From NCBI GenBank assembly GCA_015711795.1, contig JACVJC010000002.1, positions 35,649-99,648 of the forward strand: a stretch of 64,000 nt of DNA. The letters are read 5' to 3'. A program made the translations under genes and the position numbers. Position 1 is the first letter of the stretch; each line of letters opens with the position of its first letter. Shown one piece after another: positions 30,141-40,509 of the stretch. The notes beneath the pieces are model-generated. The model did not search any database. It was not told where the DNA came from and saw only the letters and a list, made by a program, of their open reading frames with translations. Source of the stretch: Candidatus Geothermocultor quzhuomuensis (GTDB lineage: Bacteria > Actinomycetota > Aquicultoria > Geothermocultorales > Geothermocultoraceae).

Positions 30141-30286
30141 AAGGGGAGTGGAGAGCAGCGAAAAGCGAGTTGAAAATGATGGGGCTAGCACCTTGCCCAG
30201 CTTAGGGATAAGTTTGTCAGAAGGGAGCGAAAAAGTAGGTATCAGATACTCGATGGAGAAAAGGTAAAGGGTAAAAATTAAAAAGG

Positions 30287-30859
30287 TTGGTGAGTATGGA
30301 CAAAGTTAAAGGTTATAAAGTGCTCAATTCTGAGCTTAAATATCAAGGAATAGTTCTTAATGTCTTTCTTGATAAAGTAAAGTTCCCTAATGGTAAGGTA
30401 TTTTTGAGAGAAGTTGTTAAGCATCGAGGAGCAGTTGGAATTGTTCCCTTAAATTTAAAAAATGAAGTTATTTTAGTTAGGCAATATCGTCATCCTGTTA
30501 GTGAGGAATTATTAGAGATTCCTGCCGGCTTGCTTGATAAAGGCGAATCTCCACTTGATTGTGTTCGTCGTGAAGTAGAGGAAGAAACTGGCTTTACTTG
30601 TTCTCAAATCATTGAAATGGCTAGATTTTATACTACTCCTGGCTGTAGTGATGAGACTTTTTATCTCTACCTAGGCTTAAATGCTCAAGCTGGTGAGAGA
30701 AGACTTGAAGAGGATGAGATAATTGAAGTGGAAACTTATCCCATTAAGAAGGCAATTGAGTTAATTAATCAAGGGAAAATAAAGGATGGAAAAACAATCA
30801 TTGGTTTACTAATGGCTTACAACTATCTTCAGCAGAAGGAAGAGATAAGAGATGAATAA
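30287..30859 (+). CDS. nudF: ADP-ribose pyrophosphatase (NUDIX)
   Basis: Nudix box PAGLLDKGESPLDCVRREVEEETG, RQYRHP, TPG, IKDGKT; start may be ATG 30296. Confidence 0.85.
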   Translation: MVSMDKVKGYKVLNSELKYQGIVLNVFLDKVKFPNGKVFLREVVKHRGAVGIVPLNLKNEVILVRQYRHPVSEELLEIPAGLLDKGESPLDCVRREVEEETGFTCSQIIEMARFYTTPGCSDETFYLYLGLNAQAGERRLEEDEIIEVETYPIKKAIELINQGKIKDGKTIIGLLMAYNYLQQKEEIRDE

Positions 30860-31736
30860 GGAGTTTAGAGAATACTTAAATTATTTGCTTGTTGAAAAAG
30901 GGGTTTCTCGAAATACATTTCAATCTTACCAAAGGGATTTATTAGATTATCTCTTATTTTTAAGAAAGAAAGGCTTATCTCTTAATAAGGCTCAAGATGA
31001 GGATTTAATAGCTTTTTTATCTCAAAAGAAATATTCACCCACAACAGCTAGGAGAAAAATCTCTTCAGTTAAGGGATTTTATCGGTTTTTACTGATGGAG
31101 GGAAAAATTACCCAGCTTAATTTAGATTTTTCTTTGCCCAAAATTCCCAAGAAATTACCTGAAGTCCTTACTATTAGAGAGATAAATAAACTTTTAAATA
31201 CTCCTCAGGGAGATAGTCCAGTGTCTTTTCGAGACCGCGCTCTTCTTGAGGTTTTATATGGGGCTGGCTTGAGGGTTTCTGAACTTATTTCCTTAAATCT
31301 CGGAGACATTAGTTTGAAAAAGGGCAATTTAAGGTGTTTTGGCAAAGGGGCTAAAGAAAGAATTGTCCCCTTGGGAAGATATGCTATCCACGCTCTTTCC
31401 CATTATTTAGTTCGGGGGAGACCCTTGCTCGTTAAAGGCTTAAGAGAATCAGCTCTCTTTGTTAATCAGCGAGGCAAGAGGTTAACCCGTCAGGGATGCT
31501 GGTTGATTTTAAAAAAATATGCAAAACAAGCAGGGATAAAGAAAATTCATCCTCATTCTCTTAGACACTCATTTGCTTCTCACTTGCTAGAAGGTGGGGC
31601 TGATTTACGCTCTGTTCAAGAGCTTTTAGGCCATTCAAGCATTACCACAACTCAAATCTACACTCATCTGAGCAAAGGTAAATTGAGAGAGATTTATGAA
31701 GCAGCTCACCCCCGAGCGAGAATGGAGAAAGATTAA
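30852..31736 (+). CDS. xerD: Tyrosine recombinase XerD
   Basis: RDRALLEVLYGAGLRVSEL, GKGAKERIVP, HSLRHSFASHLL, LLGH, TTQIYTH; nudF-xerD-deoB context. Confidence 0.9.
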   Translation: MNKEFREYLNYLLVEKGVSRNTFQSYQRDLLDYLLFLRKKGLSLNKAQDEDLIAFLSQKKYSPTTARRKISSVKGFYRFLLMEGKITQLNLDFSLPKIPKKLPEVLTIREINKLLNTPQGDSPVSFRDRALLEVLYGAGLRVSELISLNLGDISLKKGNLRCFGKGAKERIVPLGRYAIHALSHYLVRGRPLLVKGLRESALFVNQRGKRLTRQGCWLILKKYAKQAGIKKIHPHSLRHSFASHLLEGGADLRSVQELLGHSSITTTQIYTHLSKGKLREIYEAAHPRARMEKD

Positions 31737-31739
31737 CCA

Positions 31740-32930
31740 ATGAGATCTCAACTTTTCAAAAGAGCTATTATTATTGTTCTTGATAGTCTTGGCGTTGGTG
31801 AGCTACCCGATGCTTATTTGTATGGTGACGAGGGAAGCAATACTTTAGCTAACACAGCAGCGGCTGTTGGGGGTCTTAATTTACCTAATTTCCAGCGACT
31901 TGGACTGGGCAATATCGTTAAGGTTAAGGGTGTCTCTTCAGCTAGCCGGCCCTTGGCTTGTTATGGAAAAATGGCTGAAAAATCAGCTGGTAAGGATACT
32001 ACAACTGGACATTGGGAGATGATGGGTCTTTATCTTGAGAAGCCCTTTCCTACTTATCCTAACGGCTTTCCTCCTCGAATAATTGAAGCTTTTGAAAAGA
32101 AAATTAAAACTAAAATTTTAGGTAATAAACCAGCCTCAGGGACGGAAATTATCCAAGAGTTAGGAGAAGAGCATTTGATAACGGGTTATCCAATTGTTTA
32201 TACCTCAGCTGATAGTGTCTTCCAAGTTGCAGCACATGAGGAAGTTGTTCCGGTTAAAAAACTTTATAGGATTTGCCAAATGGCAAGAGAGATTTTAAAG
32301 GGAGAAGATGCAGTAGGAAGGGTTATTGCTCGGCCCTTTATTGGTCAACCTGGCAGTTTTTCTCGAACTGAAAGGAGAAAAGACTTTTCTCTTCCTCCAC
32401 CTTCAAAAACTGCTCTTGATTATGCTCATGAAAATGGTATACCTGTCATGGGTGTTGGGAAAATAGGACAAATTTTTGTCGGAAGGGGAATCAGTAAAAC
32501 TTTTCATATTACTAATAACCAGGAAGGGCTTATTAAAACAATCGATTTAATGAAAAAAATTAAGAGGGGAATCGTTTTTACTAATCTGGTTGATTTCGAT
32601 ATGCTTTGGGGCCATCGAAATGACCCTCAGGCTTATGCTAAAGGCTTGGAAGAAGTTGATAGCTTTCTTCCTCAAATATTTAATATTTTAAGGCAGGATG
32701 ATGTTTTGTTCTTCACCGCTGACCATGGTTGCGACCCAACGACTAAAAGTACAGACCACTCTCGTGAGTATGTTCCTCTTTTAGTTCTAGGCTTGAGAAT
32801 TCGTCAAGGGGTAAATTTAGGAATCCGTCAAACATTTTCTGATTTAGGAAAGACTTTATCGGAACTTCTCGGCTTTGAAGCAAAAATCGAGGGGAAAAGC
32901 TTTGCTTCAGAGATTTTAAAGCAACCTTAA
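31740..32930 (+). CDS. deoB: Phosphopentomutase
   Basis: [44 protein letters not shown]. Confidence 0.96.
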   Translation: MRSQLFKRAIIIVLDSLGVGELPDAYLYGDEGSNTLANTAAAVGGLNLPNFQRLGLGNIVKVKGVSSASRPLACYGKMAEKSAGKDTTTGHWEMMGLYLEKPFPTYPNGFPPRIIEAFEKKIKTKILGNKPASGTEIIQELGEEHLITGYPIVYTSADSVFQVAAHEEVVPVKKLYRICQMAREILKGEDAVGRVIARPFIGQPGSFSRTERRKDFSLPPPSKTALDYAHENGIPVMGVGKIGQIFVGRGISKTFHITNNQEGLIKTIDLMKKIKRGIVFTNLVDFDMLWGHRNDPQAYAKGLEEVDSFLPQIFNILRQDDVLFFTADHGCDPTTKSTDHSREYVPLLVLGLRIRQGVNLGIRQTFSDLGKTLSELLGFEAKIEGKSFASEILKQP

Positions 32931-34867
32931 ACTTTTATGGGTATATCGAGCTTTATTTTTGTTCCCTTACCTGATTGGCTTTCAATAGTTATTTTCCCCC
33001 CGATAATACTTGCTCTTTCTTCCATGGCTAGCAAGCCATAGTGACCAGGAGCTTTCCTAATTACTTTTTTATCAAATCCAATTCCATCATCTCTGATTTC
33101 AAGCTTTAGCTTATCTTTATTAGTAAAGAACTTAATCCAAACTTGGCTTGCTTTTGAGTGCTTGAGAATGTTTATAAGAGCTTCTTGGATAATTCGGAAA
33201 AGATTAATTTCCATCTCTTTATTTAAAGAAGGGATTTTTTGGGGGAATTCAAAGTTGAATTTTATTTTTGAACTTGCAAAGTGAAGATTAACTATCTTTT
33301 TTATTGCTTCAACAAGTCCGAAATCGGGCTGGCGAACTGGCTCAAGCTGAGTGAGTAGGTCTCGTCCTTGCCTAATACTCGATTGAAGAATTTCTATCAA
33401 CCTATTTCTTCGACTTAAAGTTTTTTGGTTGAGTTGCGAAAGGTCAAGAGATTGAAGAAAGTATGTAGTGGCAACGAGACTTTGAATTAAATCATCATGA
33501 ATATCAGCAGCGAGCATAAGACGTTCTCTTTCCCTTGTTTTAATAATATTTTTAGTCAGTTCTCTTATTTTATTCCTTTCAATTTTCAGTGCTTTTAGGG
33601 TTGCTCTGAGTTCTTTTTCTACTTTTCTTCGCGAAATACTAGAGACGATAATTTCCCCAACGGTCCGGAGGCAATCAATATCTTCTTTTGTCCAGCTTCG
33701 AACTTTTTTAGTTGTTGCTAAGCCAATGAAGCCGTAAAGTTTATCATTGAGGTAGAGTGGGGTGGCTAAAAAAGCTTTAACATTAAGAGACTTAATCATC
33801 TTTTTTCCCCAAAAGGCTTCCAGCGGCAACTTTTTGGTATCAGAAATAACAATATTTTCTTTTCTTTGAAGCTTTGACACCAGCCAGGGAAAGTTTTCCA
33901 GTTTTATCGGTGGGATTTTTTTCTTTTCTTTCTTTTCCCTGTGAGAAGTCCAAAGGTGGGTATTGTGTAGTTGTTTGCTGTCTTCTTTGAACTGAAAGAA
34001 ATAACATAGATCAGCATCAAAGAGTTTTCCAAGATAAGAAAGGGCTCTTTTTATACCTAGGTCAATTTCTTGGAGTTGGATAAACTCGCTTGAGATTTTA
34101 CTGATAACTCTTTCTACCTCCAAATAGTGGTGGAGTTTTTCTTCATCCTCTTTACGCTTGGTAATATCTTGAACTAATTCAATTACTGAAACGACATTTC
34201 CCCTTTCATCCTTAAGGGGGGTGGTTGTAACTTCAAAGAAACGAATTGTTTTACCAGTTGGTGTTTTGGTAATTGCTGAGTAGACTTTGCCATCTTTAAA
34301 AGTTTTAATTGTCGGGCAATATGAGCAAATCTTTTTTCGAGGCGGATCGTTAAAAGATTGATAACAAATGGGCTGGCTAGCTAAATCGATTTTTGGAAAC
34401 CATTCTTTCATTTGGCGGTTCATATCAAGAATTTTCATTCCTTGCCCGATGATGCTAATCCCAAAGTTTATATTATCTTGAATTTTTTGGAGCTTATCCC
34501 GCTCTAAGCGAAGAAGATTTTCTAACTCTTTTTCAGCAGTTATATCTTTGACCTTGTGAACTGCTAATTCAATTTCTCCTTTTTTGTCAAAAATGGGATA
34601 GACTTCAACTCTTAAGTACCGTCCGAGATTTTCAGCATAAAATTCGAGACTTTCACTCTTTTTGCTCTTAAGCATTTGCTTAAAAGAACAATTTGGGACT
34701 GGTTTATCACTTTGGTGGAAGAGACGGTAAAAAGTTTCTCCGATAATTTTTTCTTTAGGTATGCCAAGAAGGGAAGCGGTAGCTGAATTGGTTACAAGAA
34801 TATGAAAATCGGAATCGGTGAGAAAGATACTTTCATCAATTACTTCGAAGATTTTCTCCCAAACCAT
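32927..34867 (-). CDS. Soluble PAS-PAS-GAF sensor histidine kinase (HisKA_3/NarX type)
   Basis: Two PAS/PAC-like segments, GAF-like region, [43 protein letters not shown]. Confidence 0.88.
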   Translation of the reverse strand: MVWEKIFEVIDESIFLTDSDFHILVTNSATASLLGIPKEKIIGETFYRLFHQSDKPVPNCSFKQMLKSKKSESLEFYAENLGRYLRVEVYPIFDKKGEIELAVHKVKDITAEKELENLLRLERDKLQKIQDNINFGISIIGQGMKILDMNRQMKEWFPKIDLASQPICYQSFNDPPRKKICSYCPTIKTFKDGKVYSAITKTPTGKTIRFFEVTTTPLKDERGNVVSVIELVQDITKRKEDEEKLHHYLEVERVISKISSEFIQLQEIDLGIKRALSYLGKLFDADLCYFFQFKEDSKQLHNTHLWTSHREKKEKKKIPPIKLENFPWLVSKLQRKENIVISDTKKLPLEAFWGKKMIKSLNVKAFLATPLYLNDKLYGFIGLATTKKVRSWTKEDIDCLRTVGEIIVSSISRRKVEKELRATLKALKIERNKIRELTKNIIKTRERERLMLAADIHDDLIQSLVATTYFLQSLDLSQLNQKTLSRRNRLIEILQSSIRQGRDLLTQLEPVRQPDFGLVEAIKKIVNLHFASSKIKFNFEFPQKIPSLNKEMEINLFRIIQEALINILKHSKASQVWIKFFTNKDKLKLEIRDDGIGFDKKVIRKAPGHYGLLAMEERASIIGGKITIESQSGKGTKIKLDIPIKV

Positions 34868-34898
34868 TCTAACTACTCTCTAAATTTATCATATTTTA

Positions 34899-34954
34899 CT
34901 TATCAAAGTAAGTCTTATCAAAGTAAGTTTTCCGCTTATCAAAGTAAGTTTTCC
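34899..34954. repeat. Three direct copies of CTTATCAAAGTAAGT upstream of the kinase
   Basis: Copies start at 34899, 34914 and 34935; each contains CTTA-N6-TAAG dyad symmetry. Confidence 0.85.
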
Positions 34955-35122
34955 TCAAAAGAGGAATTTTGCTAAAAATAAAGAACGAAATTCAAAATTT
35001 ACTCGCCTTAAAAAGTGATGATTTATAAGGGAACTTTCTGGAATTATGCCTTGACATTAAATGATGATAAGATAGTTAGTAAATGAAAACAGGCTTATTT
35101 TGAGAGAAAGGGGGTGAAGGGG

Positions 35123-35511
35123 ATAAAAAAGGACTTTGCTTTTTTCTGATCATCTCTTTAGCTTCCTTAAATCTTTCAGTAACTGTTAGTGGAACTACTA
35201 CTCAAATAGTAGAAAACAATCGAATTGAGATAGCCATTGGGATTTCCAAGGAGACATTTACTAACACTGATTCAGCTACTTATGTTGTTTTGGCTTGTTT
35301 CAATGCCTTTCCTGATGCTTTAGCTGGCGGTCCTTTTAGCAGCCAAGAAAACGCATCGTTACTTTTAACCCAGCCGTCAAATATTCCTTCAGTGGTCAGT
35401 AATTATTTTACTTCTCTTGGCTATAGTGGCAATGCTCCTCCTAAGCTTTATATCTTGGGTGGCGGAGATTACTATGATTTCTTATATAGCCAAGGTCCTG
35501 GTTGCTCATAA
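35123..35511 (+). pseudogene. Remnant of a cell-wall-binding repeat 2 (CWB2) surface protein
   Basis: Open frame KKGLCFFLIISLASL...NNRIEIAIGIS...FPDALAGGP...LLLT...YILGG matches the CWB2 pattern. After the SD (GGGGTG) the sequence reads AT-AAAAAA where ATG would be, and it stops after about one repeat. Confidence 0.65.
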
Positions 35512-35736
35512 CCGATTGAAGCATAGAAGAAAATTAAGCTAAGGTTTAGTCTTAAATTAAGCAATTTAAAAACTTTTAACTTTACATAAACTTAAACTGA
35601 ATTGTTTACAAGTCACAAAACGCAACTTAGAAGTGATGTTTAGATTGCCTCTTGCCTGCCTGTCGGCTGACAGGGCAAAGAGGAGTTTACTAACTTGCTT
35701 TCTGAACTTACTCTAAGCCATTCTAAAGGTGTAAAA

Positions 35737-37041
35737 ATGCGAGCATATGAAATTATTGCTAAGAAACGAGACAATTTTCCCTTGAGTTATGAGGAGATTA
35801 ACTTTATGATTCAGGGCTTTGTTGAGGGAAAAATCCCTGACTATCAAATGGCTGCTTTCTTGATGGCAGTTTTTATTCGTGGTTTAAGCCTTGAAGAACT
35901 TGTTAACTTGACTAGTTCGATGGTTTCTTCTGGTAAAACCATCGATTTAACTTTAGTTAAAGGAGTTAAAGTTGACAAACACAGCACAGGTGGTATTGGC
36001 GATAAAACCACCTTAGTTGTTGCTCCTCTTGTTGCTTCCTGCGGTCTCAAGGTAGCTAAACTTACTGGGAGAGCCTTAGGTCATACTGGTGGAACTATCG
36101 ATAAGCTTCATTCAATTCCAGGTTTACGGACTGACCTTTCAACTGAAGAGTTTATTAATCAAGTTAATCAAATTGGTATAGCTTTGTCTGAAGCGACCGA
36201 AGATATTGCCCCAGCCGATAAAAAAATTTACTCTTTGAGAGATTTAACGGCCACTGTATCTTCTATCCCTCTCATTGCTTCCAGTGTTATGAGTAAGAAA
36301 ATAGCTGGCGGAGCTGATAAAATTGTCATTGATGTCAAGTGCGGCTCAGGTGCCTTTATGAAGTCGCTTGAAGAAGCGGAAGAGTTAGCTCAGATTCTTG
36401 TTTTAATTGGGAAAAAAATGGAAAGAGAAACTCACGCTCTCATTACCAATATGGATGAACCTTTAGGTAAGGGAGTAGGAAATGCTCTCGAAGTAAAAGA
36501 AGCAATTGAGACTCTTAAGGGGAAAGGCCCCCCTGATCTTACTCAACTCTCTCTTCAAATAGCTTCTGAAATGCTGATATTAGGTGGAATTGCTTCTAAT
36601 CAAGAAGAAGCTCAAGATATTCTCACTCAAAATATTATAACGGGCAAAGCAATTAAAAAGTTAGAAGAAATGATAAAATTTCAAAATGGTGATCCTGAGG
36701 TTGTAAAATTTCCCGAAAAGCTCCCAACCGCCTCACTTATTTCTGAATTCCCTGCCTCAGAAGAAGGTTATCTAACTACTATTGATGCTGAGAAAGTTGG
36801 CTGGATAGTTCATGACCTTGGAGCTGGAAGAAAAAAAAAGGAAGATAAAATTGATTACTCTGTGGGGTTAGTTTTTCATAAAAAAGTCGGTGATTATCTT
36901 AAGAAAGGTGACTTAATTGCTGAAATTCATGCTAATACTTATGAATCACTTGATTTGGCTGATACTAGGTTAGGGGAAGCAATTGTTATTAGCTCTCATA
37001 AACCTGCTCCAAAACCTCTTGTTTACAAGATTATCAAATAA
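35737..37041 (+). CDS. pdp: Pyrimidine-nucleoside phosphorylase
   Basis: DKHSTGGIGDK, GRALGHTGGTIDKL, SSVMSKKIA, DVKCGSGAFMK; start moved to ATG 35737. Confidence 0.95.
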   Translation: MRAYEIIAKKRDNFPLSYEEINFMIQGFVEGKIPDYQMAAFLMAVFIRGLSLEELVNLTSSMVSSGKTIDLTLVKGVKVDKHSTGGIGDKTTLVVAPLVASCGLKVAKLTGRALGHTGGTIDKLHSIPGLRTDLSTEEFINQVNQIGIALSEATEDIAPADKKIYSLRDLTATVSSIPLIASSVMSKKIAGGADKIVIDVKCGSGAFMKSLEEAEELAQILVLIGKKMERETHALITNMDEPLGKGVGNALEVKEAIETLKGKGPPDLTQLSLQIASEMLILGGIASNQEEAQDILTQNIITGKAIKKLEEMIKFQNGDPEVVKFPEKLPTASLISEFPASEEGYLTTIDAEKVGWIVHDLGAGRKKKEDKIDYSVGLVFHKKVGDYLKKGDLIAEIHANTYESLDLADTRLGEAIVISSHKPAPKPLVYKIIK

Positions 37042-37152
37042 AAATTGCTCTATCATGGTAGGTAAATTTCAAGTGAGAGCATTATCAAAACATAAACCTT
37101 GATGTTTCCTTGGAAATGAGGTATAAGAAAGAAAATTTTAAGAAAGGGAAAT

Positions 37153-38043
37153 ATGAGTAAAATTTTAGATACTATTGGAAAAACACCAGTTGTTGAAATC
37201 ACTAAGTTAAATCCCAATCCTAAGGTAAAAATCTTGGCTAAACTTGAAGGATTCAATCCAGCTGGTTCAGTTAAGGATAGAATTTGCCTCTATATGATTA
37301 AATATGCTGAAAAAGAAGGAAAATTGACCAAAGATAAAATAATTCTTGAAGCAACCAGTGGAAATACAGGAATTGGTTTGGCAATGGTTGGAGCAATTAA
37401 AGGTTACACTGTTCAAGTAGTTATGCCTGAAACAATGAGTGAAGAGAAGAAAACAATTCTTAGAGCATTTGGAGTTTGTATTATTTTAACACCAGGCGAA
37501 AAAGGGATGAGTGGAGCAATTGAGCGGGTAAAGGAACTTGCTAAAAATACCAAAAGGTATTTTGTTCCTAATCAATTTGAAAATCCTTACAATGTTTTAG
37601 CTCACTATGAAACAACTGGAAAAGAAATTCTTGAACAAGTAGGTAAGGTTGATGTCTTTGTGGCAGGAATTGGAACTGGTGGAACCATTACTGGAGTAGG
37701 ACGACGCTTAAAAGAAGTTTATCCCCAAACAAAAGTTGTTGGTGTCGAACCTAAGCAAGGTTCAAAGATACAAGGACTAAGAAATCTTTTAGATTATACA
37801 CCCCCCATTATCGATTTAAACCTAATCGATGAGAGAGTTATTGTCGAGGATGAATCGGCATTTGAGATGACTAGAGAACTAACTAAGCGCGAAGGAATTT
37901 TTGTTGGCATTTCTTCAGGTGCTGCTATGGTTGAAGCTTATCGCCAAGCTAGTCTTTTAAAAGAAGGGGTTGTTTTAGTTATTTTTCCTGATCGAGGGGA
38001 TAAATATTTAAGCACTGAATTATTTAGTGAACCATCTATTTAG
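37153..38043 (+). CDS. PLP-dependent cysteine synthase (CysM/CysK family)
   Basis: NPAGSVKDR, EATSGNTG, GTGGTITG, GISSGA, PDRGDKYLS. Confidence 0.92.
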   Translation: MSKILDTIGKTPVVEITKLNPNPKVKILAKLEGFNPAGSVKDRICLYMIKYAEKEGKLTKDKIILEATSGNTGIGLAMVGAIKGYTVQVVMPETMSEEKKTILRAFGVCIILTPGEKGMSGAIERVKELAKNTKRYFVPNQFENPYNVLAHYETTGKEILEQVGKVDVFVAGIGTGGTITGVGRRLKEVYPQTKVVGVEPKQGSKIQGLRNLLDYTPPIIDLNLIDERVIVEDESAFEMTRELTKREGIFVGISSGAAMVEAYRQASLLKEGVVLVIFPDRGDKYLSTELFSEPSI

Positions 38044-38146
38044 TCTGATAACTAATTGAAGAGCATAAGAATCTTAAATTAAAACCCAACAACTTTTGAG
38101 GATTTGAGAAAGAAAAAAGTAAGCACCGCAGCTAATAAAGGATTAC

Positions 38147-38168
38147 TGTCAGACAGGCATGATAAAAT
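38147..38168 (+). promoter_or_regulatory. Candidate PafBC-type promoter (TGTCAG-N10-TAAAAT)
   Basis: Matches the TGTCRG-N10-TAnnnT geometry, 50 nt upstream of the thymidylate synthase start. Confidence 0.45.
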
Positions 38169-38217
38169 TAAACTTCAAAAGCGAAAATTTTTAATCTATT
38201 AAAGGGTAAGTTCACAA

Positions 38218-38886
38218 ATGTTAGAACCAGTAGTAGTTAAGGCAACAACTCTAGAAGATGCTTGGTTTCAGCTGATAAAAGAGTGTGTTGAAAAAGGCTA
38301 TGTTTACACTATTGACCAGGGAAGTTATGCTGGGCAAAAAAGGAAGCAGCTTTACTCTGCTCTAGTTCATATAAAGTATCCCTGGACTCGTCCCTTAGCT
38401 CCTCAAATGCCCCCAAGTTGTCCCATTAATCCCCCCACCACAGATGAGAAAATTGAGGAATATTTTTGTGAGTATTTGATGAACCCAAAACTTTTACCTA
38501 ATGAAGAGTACCGCTATTCTACCTGGATTGTTCCTCAAGTCGAAGAAGCCATTAAAAAGTTTAAGAAACATGGTTTTGGCACCAATCAGTGCTGTATCAA
38601 TGTGGGTGATAGTGAGTCGGCAAAGCTTGATGACCCTCCTTGTCTCCGAGTGATTGATATGAAAGTGGTTGAAGGTAAACTTCACTTTCATGTTCTATTC
38701 CGTTCCTGGGATTTATTTGCCGCTTTCCCTGAAAATATGGGAGGGTTGGAACTTTTAAAAGAATATGTCGCTTCCGAAATCGGTGCTGAGAATGGAGAGT
38801 TAAATGCCTATAGCGCCGGCTTACACTTATATGACCATTTTTGGAAATTAGCCGACCTCCGCCTTGGAAAAACCAGTAGCGAGTAG
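38218..38886 (+). CDS. thyA: Short archaeal-type thymidylate synthase
   Basis: DPPCLRVID catalytic Cys, FRSWDLFAAFPEN with the dUMP-specifying Asn, GLHLY. Confidence 0.75.
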   Translation: MLEPVVVKATTLEDAWFQLIKECVEKGYVYTIDQGSYAGQKRKQLYSALVHIKYPWTRPLAPQMPPSCPINPPTTDEKIEEYFCEYLMNPKLLPNEEYRYSTWIVPQVEEAIKKFKKHGFGTNQCCINVGDSESAKLDDPPCLRVIDMKVVEGKLHFHVLFRSWDLFAAFPENMGGLELLKEYVASEIGAENGELNAYSAGLHLYDHFWKLADLRLGKTSSE

Positions 38887-38953
38887 CTTGGAGCGAGTAT
38901 AAAGAAAAATTACAACGTTTTATCTTATTAATCGGTAATTTTGGACAAATGAG

Positions 38954-39376
38954 ATGAAGCAGGTAAAACAGCGAGTTTTATTTGTTTGTTATGGGAATAC
39001 TTGCCGGAGCCCAATGGCTGAGGGTCTTGCTAAGAAAATACTTGGCAATTCTTACCACATTGAAAGCGCTGGACTAATCACTCCAAGCTGGGATAATGCA
39101 GCTGAAAATGCTATTAGAGTTATGAAGGAAGATTTCGGTATTGATATATCTTCTCATCGACCCAGGAATATTGCCAGTGTTAACCTTGAGGACTTTGACC
39201 GCATTGTTGCTCTGGATTTATATGTAGGTGAGAGACTCGAAAGAGACTATCCATTTATTCAGGAAAAACTAGTTACATGGGAAGTCGAAGACCCAATCGG
39301 TCAAGACATAGAAGTTTATAGAAGGTGTGCAAAAGCCATTGAAAAACTCTTGATGGAAATAAGTCTTAACATTTAG
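38954..39376 (+). CDS. Low-molecular-weight phosphatase / ArsC family
   Basis: VCYGNTCRSPMAE P-loop, DISSHRP, EDPIG. Confidence 0.88.
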   Translation: MKQVKQRVLFVCYGNTCRSPMAEGLAKKILGNSYHIESAGLITPSWDNAAENAIRVMKEDFGIDISSHRPRNIASVNLEDFDRIVALDLYVGERLERDYPFIQEKLVTWEVEDPIGQDIEVYRRCAKAIEKLLMEISLNI

Positions 39377-39625
39377 TTTTATGGATAAGTTTGGAAACCA
39401 CCATTTTTAACTGAAAGGTAGGCTAGGGACCCCGGCTTTGATTCTGCGACGAGCAAGGAAATTGCTGGTTACTTTTTTAGTTGATAAAAAGTGGTGTTTT
39501 AAATCTTGGGCTCATTTTGGGGAAGGATTAAGTGAAGGGTGATTGATGGATTAATGGGTTTGCTTGACAATCTTACATTTGTTTTGTAACTTTAAATTGT
39601 AATATTAGTTTGAGGAGTTGAGTTA

Positions 39626-39787
39626 ATGATTAAAATCGTTAAAGGAGCAACACTCCGTGGCTACTTTAGCGATGTACTAAATGAGGTTTTAAAGGGCAGA
39701 GGTTATTTTATTGTAACCAAAAGAGGGCGCCCTGTATCTGCCTTGGTAAATCTTGATTTTTTAAGCTTTTACCGGATGGCCAATTGA
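39626..39787 (+). pseudogene. Orphan, apparently truncated Phd/YefM-type antitoxin (53 aa; not in ORF track)
   Basis: MIKIVKGATLRGYFSDVLNEVLKGRGYFIVTKRGRPVSALVNLDF matches the Phd N-terminal pattern; SD GAGGAG and a TTGACA upstream; no toxin follows. Confidence 0.65.
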
Positions 39788-39819
39788 GCGGCAACTTAAA
39801 AATCTAATTAGCGTTAAAA

Positions 39820-40461
39820 ATGAATATGAGAAAAGCTGAGATTACTATCTTGTGCTTAGTTTTATTCTCTTTCCTGTTAGGTGTTTACTTTTATCCTCAA
39901 ATGCCAGAAACAATGGCTTCTCATTGGAATGCTCAAGGAGAAGTAAATGGGTATATGTCTAAGTTCTGGGGATTGTTTTTGATGCCTCTTATTTTTCTCG
40001 GGCTTGCTTTGTTTTTCATTGCTATCCCCAGAATAGACCCATTAAAAGCAAATATTGAAAAGTTTAGAGAGTACTACGATCTTTTTATCATTTTGTTTTT
40101 TCTCTTCATGCTTGCCATTTACCTTCAAACAATTCTCTGGAGTTTGGGAATTAAAATAAGCCCTAATGCCTTTTCCCCTGTTGGGCTTGGTGTCTTTTTT
40201 TTCTATACCGGTATTTTGCTGGAAAATGCCAAAAGAAACTGGTTTATCGGTTTTAGAACTCCTTGGACTCTGAGCAGTGAGAAAGTGTGGGATAAAACTC
40301 ATCAAATTGGTAGTAAACTCTTTAAGATTTCTGGCATAATCGCTTTCTTAGGAGTTTTTTTCCAACCTCTTGCAGTTTATTTTGTTCTTATTCCAATTAT
40401 TTCAGCCGTTACTTATCTAACTATTTATTCTTATCTTGAATATCAAAAAGAAGTACATTAA
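39820..40461 (+). CDS. SdpI/DUF1648 membrane protein
   Basis: PETMASHWNAQGEVNG, RNWFIGFRTPWTLSSEKVWDKTH, multiple TM helices. Confidence 0.88.
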   Translation: MNMRKAEITILCLVLFSFLLGVYFYPQMPETMASHWNAQGEVNGYMSKFWGLFLMPLIFLGLALFFIAIPRIDPLKANIEKFREYYDLFIILFFLFMLAIYLQTILWSLGIKISPNAFSPVGLGVFFFYTGILLENAKRNWFIGFRTPWTLSSEKVWDKTHQIGSKLFKISGIIAFLGVFFQPLAVYFVLIPIISAVTYLTIYSYLEYQKEVH

Positions 40462-40509
40462 TAAGGAAAAAGCTCTAAGATACTTTTAGCTTTCGATCTT
40501 AGGTGTGGT

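Noticed and set aside
30175-30260. Possible riboswitch (GATGGGGCTAGCACC...) before nudF
   Set aside because: Only a superficial resemblance to the fluoride motif; the downstream conserved elements and pairing are missing.
30852-31736. Tyrosine recombinase as a prophage or ICE integrase
   Set aside because: Sequence and nudF-xerD-deoB context indicate housekeeping XerD; no att sites or phage genes seen.
34899-34954. Repeats as a mini CRISPR array
   Set aside because: 15-bp units with 0-6-nt spacing, no unique spacers and no cas genes; the same holds for the repeats at 4593 and 57300.
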